A stretch of 64,000 nucleotides of DNA from the NCBI GenBank assembly GCA_016720905.1, contig JADKJT010000017.1, forward strand, positions 24,366-88,365. The letters are read 5' to 3'. Below are positions 56,957-64,000 of the stretch, piece after piece. A model generated the notes under the pieces. It had not been told where the DNA came from. It ran no database searches and was given only the letters and a program-made list of their open reading frames with translations. Position 1 is the stretch's first letter. Every line of letters begins with the position of its first letter. The translations under genes were made by a program, and so were the position numbers. This stretch comes from Gemmatimonadaceae bacterium. GTDB lineage: Bacteria > Gemmatimonadota > Gemmatimonadetes > Gemmatimonadales > Gemmatimonadaceae.

Positions 56957-56986
56957 GAAATCGTGACGGCAGAGTATGAACGACGG

Positions 56987-59179
56987 TCAGGCGGTTGGCG
57001 GATCGTCGGGCAGGACGTCGCCAAGAATGCTGGGCGCGTAGTACGCGCGGGCATATTGCTCCACCATGCGACGCGCGGTGAACTGCTGCCCGGCGACACG
57101 CATCGCGTGCTTCATGGTGAGGATCCAGCGGCGGGGCAGGTCGAGCGCGTCGCGCTCATAGAAGCGCGGCACCACTTCCTGCTCCAGCAGCGTATACAGG
57201 CGCTCAACGGTCCCATTGGCATCGTCCGAATCGACGGCGGCCGGGATGGCCCAGCCATTGTTGCCCTCATAGCCCTCCTCCCACCACCCGTCGATCGTAG
57301 ACAGGTGCGGCACACCGTTCAGACCCGCCTTCATGCCGCTGGTTCCGGAGGCCTCCATCGGCACCCGCGGCAGGTTCATCCAGACATCGACACCCTGCAC
57401 CAACAAATGGGCGAGATGCATGCCGTAGTCTTCGACGAACGCGATGCGTCCCTCGAATTGCGGATCGCGCGTGAATTGGTAGACGTTCTGCAGAATCTGC
57501 TTGCCGGGATTGTCCGCCGGGTGCGCCTTGCCGGCAAAGACGATTTGCACGGGGCGCGACGTGTTGGTGACCAGCTTGCGCAGTCGCTCCACGTCGCGAA
57601 AAATCAGGTCGGCCCGTTTGTAGGTCGCAAACCGACGCGCGAATCCGATGGTCAGCACATGTGGATCGAGCAGGGTCCCGGCGCCGACCAACTGCACGGT
57701 TTCCATCGTGCGCTGCGCGAACGACCGCCGGGCCTCATCACGCACCAGTCGCATCAGGATGTGCTTCAACCGCAGGTGCGTGCCCCAGAGCTGGTCGTCA
57801 TCAAGCAGCAGCACCTGTTCCCAGAGTGCCGGATCGTTGGCGTGGCCCCACTGCGGGCCCAGTTGGCGGTCGAGCAGCTGCATGATGGGGTTGGCCATCC
57901 ACGTCGCGAGATGCACGCCATTCGTGACGTGCCCCACGGGGATGCTGTCGGCGGTTCGCCCCGGCCACAGCGGTTTGCACAGTTCACGGGAGACGACGCC
58001 GTGACGACGCGCCACCGCGTTCACCCGACGCGACAGGCGAATGGAGGCGGCGGTCATGTGGAACATCCCGGCGCCGGCCTCCGGGTGATAGCCAATGCGC
58101 AGGAATGCCTCGACGTCGATACCCATGGCCAGCCACATGCCGTTGTTCGTTCCGCCGGCGCATTCGCGCACATCGCTGACGGCGAATTGGTCGTGACCGG
58201 CGGGGACTGGGGTATGCGTGGTGAAGACACTGCACGAGCGTACCTGCTTGACGGCCTCGGCGTACGACAGGCCGCTCTCGCAGAGTTCGCGGACACGTTC
58301 GACCATCATGAAGGCGGCATGCCCTTCGTTGGCGTGCCACGCCGCCGGGGCGACGCCCAGCGCGCGCAGCGCGCGCACGCCGCCGACACCCAACAGCCAC
58401 TCCTGGCGCAATCGCAGGGCGGGTCCGCCCGAATAGAGGCTCGACAGCAGCGGCCGATCGTCGACGTGGTTCTCGTCGAGATCAGAGTCCAACAGGTAGA
58501 CCGGCACCCGCCCGACCTGCATGCGCCACACACGAATGTGCACGTCGCGTCCAAAGGTGTTCACGGTTACCAGGTGACGCGCACCGTCGGGACCCGGGAT
58601 CGGCACGATCGGCACCTGATCGAACGAAATCGTGTCGGCGGAGTTCTCCTGCCAGCCGTCGGTGCGAATTCGCTGATCGAAGTAACCGTGACGGTACAGG
58701 ATGCCCACTGCCACCACGGGTACACCCAGATCCGACGCCGTCTTGAGGTGATCACCGGCAAGGACGCCAAGACCACCGGAGTAGATCGGCACCGAATTGT
58801 GCACCCCGAATTCCGCGCAGAAGTACGCGACGGGCTTGCCCCGCAGTTCGGGAAACGTCCGCGCGTACCAGGTGTGCTCGTCGGATTCCTCGGCCTTGAG
58901 CCACGCGATCAGGCGATCGTAGCGCGCGCAGAATCCCGCATCCGTGGCCAGTGCGGCCAGACGCTCGGGCGCGACCTCCTGCAACAGGACAATCGGGTTG
59001 TGGCGCAGCCGATTCCACAGCGCCTCGTCGACTTCGCGAAACAGTGCGCGGGCGTCGCGATTCCAGCTCCACGCGAGATTCCTCGCCAACTGGGTGAGTC
59101 CGGCGATGCGTGGCGGCAGCGACTGGAAGGCGCTGACTGAGGTGGGGGTTGGCGAGTGGGCGGTGGCTGTTGCGGTCAT
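56987..59179 (-). CDS. glgP: alpha-glucan (glycogen/maltodextrin) phosphorylase
   Basis: Start moved to ATG 59179. GT35 alpha-glucan phosphorylase blocks (YFCAEFG, GGLGVLAGDHLK, WLNLPRVPMEASGTSGMKAGLNG carrying the PLP lysine). Confidence 0.85.
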   Translation of the reverse strand: MTATATAHSPTPTSVSAFQSLPPRIAGLTQLARNLAWSWNRDARALFREVDEALWNRLRHNPIVLLQEVAPERLAALATDAGFCARYDRLIAWLKAEESDEHTWYARTFPELRGKPVAYFCAEFGVHNSVPIYSGGLGVLAGDHLKTASDLGVPVVAVGILYRHGYFDQRIRTDGWQENSADTISFDQVPIVPIPGPDGARHLVTVNTFGRDVHIRVWRMQVGRVPVYLLDSDLDENHVDDRPLLSSLYSGGPALRLRQEWLLGVGGVRALRALGVAPAAWHANEGHAAFMMVERVRELCESGLSYAEAVKQVRSCSVFTTHTPVPAGHDQFAVSDVRECAGGTNNGMWLAMGIDVEAFLRIGYHPEAGAGMFHMTAASIRLSRRVNAVARRHGVVSRELCKPLWPGRTADSIPVGHVTNGVHLATWMANPIMQLLDRQLGPQWGHANDPALWEQVLLLDDDQLWGTHLRLKHILMRLVRDEARRSFAQRTMETVQLVGAGTLLDPHVLTIGFARRFATYKRADLIFRDVERLRKLVTNTSRPVQIVFAGKAHPADNPGKQILQNVYQFTRDPQFEGRIAFVEDYGMHLAHLLVQGVDVWMNLPRVPMEASGTSGMKAGLNGVPHLSTIDGWWEEGYEGNNGWAIPAAVDSDDANGTVERLYTLLEQEVVPRFYERDALDLPRRWILTMKHAMRVAGQQFTARRMVEQYARAYYAPSILGDVLPDDPPTA

Positions 59180-59372
59180 TGGGCGGTAGTGCAGGGAGCG
59201 TGGCGCCACGGATCGGCCACCACCGATGAGACGAAGATAAACGTATGTACTTTCAGACGGCCGTGTCCACCAAAAGGACACCACAAAACGCCGGATTCCC
59301 CCGGCCCATGGCGGGCTGCCGCGCAATCGTTTGCGAGGCGAGTCGTCGATGAAACGGATCGCGTGTTAAACT

Positions 59373-60725
59373 GTGTCCGGTATGACCACTGCCTCCGACC
59401 TGTTCCTCGCCCCCGGCGACGCCAGTATACAACGTTGTGCACGGTGCGGAGCGACGTGTGGCGCGCTCGACGCATCGCCGGCATGCCCGTCGTGCGGTGG
59501 GCTGCTGGACATTGTGCACGCACCGCCCTGCGACGCCAAGGGCCAGACGCTGGACGCCGCGACGCTGCGTGCCGGCTTTTCGCAGCACTGCTGCGCGCGA
59601 CCACTCGGGTCGCCCTCCGGCGTCTGGCGTTTCGAGTCGCTGGTCATGCCCGGCGCTGGTTCGGCGATCGTCAGTCATCCGGAAGGCAACACCCCGCTGA
59701 TCACTCGCGGAACGATCGATCGCTTCGTTGGCGTGGAGGGGCTGCGTGTCAAGCACGAAGGACACAACCCCACCGGGTCGTTCAAGGATCGGGGGATGAC
59801 GGTTGGCGTGACGCAAGCGGTGCGACTCGGCGCAACGGCCGTGGCCTGTGCGTCCACGGGAAACACCTCCGCGTCACTGGCCTCGTACGCGGCACAGGCC
59901 GGCATTCCCGGACTGGTGTTTGTCCCCGCCGGCAAGATCGCCCTCGGCAAGTTGGCGCAAACCCTGGGATACGGCGCACGGACCCTGATGGTTCGTGGCG
60001 ATTTCGATGCCTGTCTCCGCCTCGTGCAGGAGGCCGCGCGCGACTTGGGGATCTACCTGCTCAACTCAATCAATCCGTGGCGCGTGGAAGGGCAGAAGAC
60101 CATCGTGCTCGAACTGTTGCAGCAGCTCGACTGGCAGGCACCGGATTTCATTGTGCTGCCGGCCGGCAATCTGGGTAACACCGCGGCGTTCGGGAAAGCA
60201 CTGCGAGAGGCACTCGCGCTGGGCCTCATCGATCGTCTGCCACGACTGGTCGCCGTTCAGGCCGCCGGGGCCGCCCCATTCGCCCGGAGCTTTCGCGAAG
60301 GGTTTGCCACCCGGCACACAGTCGTGGCCGATACGATCGCCACCGCCATCCGCATCGGCGATCCGGCGTCGTGGGATCGCGCGGTGCGGGCGATCCGCGA
60401 AACCAACGGCATGGTCCTGTCGTGCACTGATGAGGAGATCGTGGCGGCGAAGATCACCATTGATGCCTCCGGCGTCGGGTGCGAACCAGCGAGCGCCGCC
60501 AGCATTGCGGGTGTGCGACGCCTGGTGCAGGATGGAGTGATCACGTCAGCCCATCGGGTGGTGGCCGTGTTGACGGGGCATATTCTCAAGGATCCCGGTA
60601 TGCTGGTAGACTTGCATCAACGCGACGATTTCGCGCTGGCCAACCGACCCATCGAGATCGACGCCGATGTGCGCGCCGTGGCGCGCGTGCTGGCGCACCT
60701 GACACCCGCGGGACCCTCCGCATGA
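59373..60725 (+). CDS. thrC: threonine synthase (with N-terminal CxxC...CxxC zinc-ribbon)
   Basis: CARCGATCG...CPSCGG ribbon. PLP site HEGHNPTGSFKDRGM, ASTGNTSAS, GNLGN. Confidence 0.92.
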   Translation: MSGMTTASDLFLAPGDASIQRCARCGATCGALDASPACPSCGGLLDIVHAPPCDAKGQTLDAATLRAGFSQHCCARPLGSPSGVWRFESLVMPGAGSAIVSHPEGNTPLITRGTIDRFVGVEGLRVKHEGHNPTGSFKDRGMTVGVTQAVRLGATAVACASTGNTSASLASYAAQAGIPGLVFVPAGKIALGKLAQTLGYGARTLMVRGDFDACLRLVQEAARDLGIYLLNSINPWRVEGQKTIVLELLQQLDWQAPDFIVLPAGNLGNTAAFGKALREALALGLIDRLPRLVAVQAAGAAPFARSFREGFATRHTVVADTIATAIRIGDPASWDRAVRAIRETNGMVLSCTDEEIVAAKITIDASGVGCEPASAASIAGVRRLVQDGVITSAHRVVAVLTGHILKDPGMLVDLHQRDDFALANRPIEIDADVRAVARVLAHLTPAGPSA

Positions 60726-61459
60726 TGTCGCCGTCTCCCCGACGAACGCTGGTGACGGGCGCCGGACGACCACTGGGCATCGAGCTTGTTCGACAAAGCT
60801 TGTTGCGCGGCGACAAGGTGTATGCGGCGTCGAGAAATCCGGCTCGCATACCGGTGCTGGCCGATCTGCGTGCCGAGTTTCCCGGACTCGAGTTGCTGGC
60901 ACTCGACCCGGCCGACGCGGCGTCGGTGGCGGAGGCCATTCCGGTGCTCGAAGCGCTTACGTCGTCGCTGGATCTGCTGGTGATTGCGCCGGCGGAAGCG
61001 GGCGCCCACGAACGCGTGAGCGACGCTGCGCGCGATGAGTCGCTGTCCACGATGTCGGGAACTGGTTTGGTCGAGCACTATCGCCGCCACGCGGTGGCGC
61101 CCGTGCTGCTGGTGCGGACCCTGTTGCCGTGGCTGTCCACCGGCGATGGCGCGCGGGTCCTGATGGTCACCACCGGTCTGGGATCGCTCGCCAACAAGAC
61201 GGCCGGTGGCGAGTACGCGAGCAGCGCCAGTGCGGCCGCACTGCACATGCTGACGCGCGCGTTGGCCAATGACCTTTCCGAACACGGCATCACGGTGTGC
61301 CTGGGTAATCCGGGCGATTATGCGGCGATTCCGGATGAACCGGCCTTTCGGATTCCGATGGATGAAGCGGCGCTGGGGTTGCTTTCCATCACCGATCGTC
61401 TGGCCCGTGAGCGGAGTGGTGCCTATCTCGATTACACCGGGGCCGAACGTCCTTGGTGA
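60722..61459 (+). CDS. short-chain dehydrogenase/reductase (SDR)
   Basis: ATG 60722 overlaps the thrC stop (ATGA). TLVTGAGRPLGIELV cofactor motif and Y..SASAAAL in place of YxxxK. Confidence 0.8.
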   Translation: MMSPSPRRTLVTGAGRPLGIELVRQSLLRGDKVYAASRNPARIPVLADLRAEFPGLELLALDPADAASVAEAIPVLEALTSSLDLLVIAPAEAGAHERVSDAARDESLSTMSGTGLVEHYRRHAVAPVLLVRTLLPWLSTGDGARVLMVTTGLGSLANKTAGGEYASSASAAALHMLTRALANDLSEHGITVCLGNPGDYAAIPDEPAFRIPMDEAALGLLSITDRLARERSGAYLDYTGAERPW

Positions 61460-62856
61460 CGGTTGTGGCGCCGCGGCGGTTCGCCAGCCGTACATGGTGG
61501 GGCGCTGCCGTTGGTGTGTGGGCGCTGGCCTGCGCAAAGAACACGCCGGTCGGCGAAGATCCCCCACCCGTTGCGATGCCGCCGGATGCCGCCGGCACGT
61601 TGGCGGTCATCCCCGTGCAGGTCACGTACGTGTTGCGCAGTCTGCGTCCGGCCCTCGATTCGCTCTTCCCCATCAGGGATTCGCTGAATGCGCCCCAGTG
61701 CACGGCCGTCGGGGGACTCTTCTGTCATCAGTATGTGTATCGACGGGATTCGCTGACCCTTCGGACCACGGCCGATCGCCTGCAGATCGATACGCGCCTG
61801 TCCTATCGCGCGCAGATGGGCATGTTGGGCGGCGCCCGGTTCGCCAGTTGTGGGTATCCACCCGAGCAGGCGCGACGGGCATTGCTGACAATGTCGACGT
61901 CGCTGTACTGGCGGCGTGACTGGCGGGTGGGCGCCCGTGATACCAAGCTGACAGCCACCCTGCTCGATCAGTGTCTCGTGACGTTGGTGGGCATGAACGC
62001 CACGCGCGCGCTGCATGACCTGTTGGATCGACAACTACACGACTTTGCGGCGGAAGCGGACACCACGATTCCGCGAGTCGCGGATTTCAAACCGTTGGCC
62101 GATTCATTGTGGCGAAGTTTCCTGGAGCCAACGGCACTGGATTCCATGGGGACACTCTGGCTGTTGATGGAACCCGAGGCCGTCCGTGTGACACCATTGG
62201 TGGGCACCGGGCCCAGCATCACGACGTCGTTGGTGCTGTATGCGCGACCGCGCGTCGTCAGCGGCCGACGTCCGGCCACACGTTTTCGCGCCCTGCCGGC
62301 ATTGGCGCTTGGGGAAGCCCCTGCGCAGTTCTCGGTGCCCGTGAGTGTCGAATTGCCGTTCGAGGATGTAGCGCGCCGAGCGAGCGTGTTGTTGTCGGCA
62401 GAAACGGTTGGGGGCGGGGTCCATGTCGATAGTGTGCAGGTGCGCGGCACCGGCGACAGCGTCTCGATCGACCTCGATGTGTCGGGCAGTCTGCGCGGTC
62501 GACTGAATCTCGGCTCGCGTCTTCGGTGGGATGCGGCATCACGCGAGTTGCGACTCGACAATCTGGAGTGGTCATTGGAGAGTCAGGGCATTCTTTCGCG
62601 CGTCAAGGCGACGCTTGGTGCGCCGCTGGTCGCGCGCGCGGTACGGAGAGCCACGCTGGGCGGACGCATCCCGCTTGGCGCGCAACTCGATTCGGTTCGC
62701 GCGGAACTGATGTTCAAGCTCAATGGTCCGGTCGGGCCGGGCGTGGTCATGGGCAGCAGCGTCAGCAACGTGCAGATTGTCGGGGTCACGTCGAACGCGA
62801 CGGCATTCGTGGTGCGAGCGCGACTCACGGGCACGTCGGGTGTATGGATTCAGTGA
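61453..62856 (+). CDS. hypothetical exported/lipoprotein (DUF4403-like)
   Basis: 467 aa, signal with LACA lipobox. Beta-rich. The repeat-like C-terminal half (VSIDLDVSGSLRGRLNLGSRLRWDAASRELRLDNLEWSLES) resembles DUF4403 proteins. Assignment is tentative. Confidence 0.45.
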   Translation: MVTVVAPRRFASRTWWGAAVGVWALACAKNTPVGEDPPPVAMPPDAAGTLAVIPVQVTYVLRSLRPALDSLFPIRDSLNAPQCTAVGGLFCHQYVYRRDSLTLRTTADRLQIDTRLSYRAQMGMLGGARFASCGYPPEQARRALLTMSTSLYWRRDWRVGARDTKLTATLLDQCLVTLVGMNATRALHDLLDRQLHDFAAEADTTIPRVADFKPLADSLWRSFLEPTALDSMGTLWLLMEPEAVRVTPLVGTGPSITTSLVLYARPRVVSGRRPATRFRALPALALGEAPAQFSVPVSVELPFEDVARRASVLLSAETVGGGVHVDSVQVRGTGDSVSIDLDVSGSLRGRLNLGSRLRWDAASRELRLDNLEWSLESQGILSRVKATLGAPLVARAVRRATLGGRIPLGAQLDSVRAELMFKLNGPVGPGVVMGSSVSNVQIVGVTSNATAFVVRARLTGTSGVWIQ

Positions 62857-62895
62857 TGTCACGCGTCGGGTTCACCCGCTAACTGGAAGTGTCCT

Positions 62896-63435
62896 ATGTT
62901 CGCTCGAAACATGATGTGGCTCGCGACGGTGGGGCTCAGCGCGATTGGCGTGCTGATCGCTCCACCGGCGGGGGCACAGGCGGCGGATGCGCAGACGACG
63001 CGCTTGATGGCGCGGCTGTCCGCGTTGTCGGCCGATTCCATGGAGGGGCGTCGTGCAGGCACCCCCGGATCGAAGCGCGCGCGCCAGTGGATTATCGGCG
63101 AACTGACGGCGATGGGGGCGAATCCCGTAGGAACATCATTCGAACAGGCGGTCACGCTGCCGGCACGCGCCGGAAGCGACACCAGTGGCGCCAATGTGAT
63201 TGCCCGCATTCCGGGCACACGTCGCGACGGACCGGTGATCGTGTTGAGTGCGCACTACGATCATCTGGGGGTGCGCAACGGACAGGTGTTCAACGGAGCT
63301 GACGACGATGCGTCGGGGTGTGTGGCGCTCCTGACCATCGCGGAACGCCTGCTCAAGGACCCGCCGCAACATGACGTGATCCTGGCGTTCTTTGACAACG
63401 AGGAAGGGGGATGCACGGCTCCCGCACCTTCGTGA
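62896..63435 (+). CDS. M28 family metallopeptidase, N-terminal fragment (frame broken at G-run 63406-63410)
   Basis: Signal peptide. M28 metal-ligand blocks SAHYDHLG, NGADDDASG, FFDNEE. The sequence then turns to junk (GCTAPAPS). Confidence 0.7.
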   Translation: MFARNMMWLATVGLSAIGVLIAPPAGAQAADAQTTRLMARLSALSADSMEGRRAGTPGSKRARQWIIGELTAMGANPVGTSFEQAVTLPARAGSDTSGANVIARIPGTRRDGPVIVLSAHYDHLGVRNGQVFNGADDDASGCVALLTIAERLLKDPPQHDVILAFFDNEEGGCTAPAPS

Positions 63436-63854
63436 CGTCGGGAATGATTCCACTGGAAAAGATGGCACTCGACATCAGTCTCGACATGGTGGCGCGTCAG
63501 GACGGCAAGGCGCTGTGGGTATCGGGCACGTCGCACAATCCGGCGTTCAAGCCGATGGCCGAGGCGGCCGCGAACGCAGCGGCGATTCCCATTCGGTTCG
63601 GACATGATACCAAGGACCTGAAACCCGGCGACGACTGGACCAACTCGTCGGATCATGCGGCGTTTCACGGCAAGGGCATTCCGTTCCTGTATCTCGGCGT
63701 TGAAGATCACGTCGACTATCACAAGAGCGGCGACGACGCAGACAAGGTCGATCCGGTGTTCTACCGTGGCGCGGTGGACTTTGCCCATCGATTGGTACGC
63801 GAAGCGGATGCGCGCATTGATGGCCTGCCCCTCAAATCAGTGCCGGGGCGCTAA
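63411..63854 (+). CDS. M28 family metallopeptidase, C-terminal fragment
   Basis: Continues with MHGSRTFV (the EE.G..GS block), DMVA, and NSSDHAAFHGKGIPFLY (His ligand). Confidence 0.7.
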   Translation: MHGSRTFVTSGMIPLEKMALDISLDMVARQDGKALWVSGTSHNPAFKPMAEAAANAAAIPIRFGHDTKDLKPGDDWTNSSDHAAFHGKGIPFLYLGVEDHVDYHKSGDDADKVDPVFYRGAVDFAHRLVREADARIDGLPLKSVPGR

Positions 63855-64000
63855 GACACGCCTTCGCGCGCCTTGAACGTGCGCTTCCGTTCGGCGGTAT
63901 AGTGCCACCACGGATGCGGAGGCGCCCCTTCCATGAACCGTACTGCGGCGATGAAGACGTCGGCGACGCAGGGATCCTGCCGACATTGTGTCAGCGCGCA
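63851..64000 (-). CDS. 3' end of an unidentified gene running off the window (partial)
   Basis: My own translation of the minus strand gives ...CALTQCRQDPCVADVFIAAVRFMEGAPPHPWWHYTAERKRTFKAREGVS, ending at TAG (63853-63851). No family recognised. It is not in the ORF track because there is no in-window start. Confidence 0.3.
   Translation of the reverse strand, partial: CALTQCRQDPCVADVFIAAVRFMEGAPPHPWWHYTAERKRTFKAREGVS

Noticed and set aside
55301-59140. Plus-strand ORFs 55301..56908 (535 aa), 56963..59140 (725 aa) and 54213..55490 (425 aa), antisense to glgA, glgP and GH57.
   Set aside because: Shadow ORFs. The minus-strand products carry the diagnostic glycogen-enzyme motifs, while the plus-strand translations are R/H/G-rich.
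59263-59281. Hairpin GTGTCC-accaaaa-GGACAC in the glgP/thrC divergent region; possible riboswitch or attenuator for thrC.
   Set aside because: The stem is only 6 bp, and I recognise no conserved riboswitch core or leader-peptide ORF.

Overview
64-kb chromosomal window from a high-G+C Gram-negative bacterium. The gene content (SusC/SusD pair, many CarboxypepD_reg/Plug proteins, DUF4397, exported amidohydrolases) resembles Gemmatimonadota-type genomes; that taxonomic guess is inference only. I call about 50 protein-coding genes or fragments, 2 tRNA genes, and several repeats and palindromes.

Housekeeping genes: thiL-plsC-eno-ftsB followed by two tRNA(CAT) genes, thrC, a 1577-aa PFOR-like 2-oxoacid:ferredoxin oxidoreductase, and a glycogen block (GH57, glgA, glgP).

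Envelope and nutrient-acquisition genes: a GH20 hexosaminidase with a large BNR-repeat protein, SusC/SusD/DUF4397, an HmuY-like lipoprotein with a TonB receptor, S9 and M28 peptidases, and three barrel-less CarboxypepD_reg-Plug paralogues.

Most interesting observations:
1. A tightly packed five-gene amidoligase operon at 31.6-36.7 kb (ATP-grasp, circularly permuted ATP-grasp, C26 amidohydrolase, GCS2 ligase, SAM methyltransferase). It looks like a pathway for an uncharacterised peptide-like or gamma-glutamyl metabolite.
2. A compositionally atypical islet directly downstream of the tRNA pair. It carries a signal-less trypsin-fold protease coupled to a 77-aa two-TM miniprotein.
3. An orphan four-ORF block (28.2-31.2 kb) bordered by an ORF-free 42.5% G+C tract.
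4. Unusual GTAC-containing repeat hairpins in intergenic regions.
5. Four single-base frame breaks at short homopolymers in three exported-protein genes. These most likely flag indel errors; pseudogenes or phase variation are less likely.

No CRISPR array, rRNA, transposase or integrase was seen. Most long ORFs antisense to the called genes are high-GC shadow ORFs.
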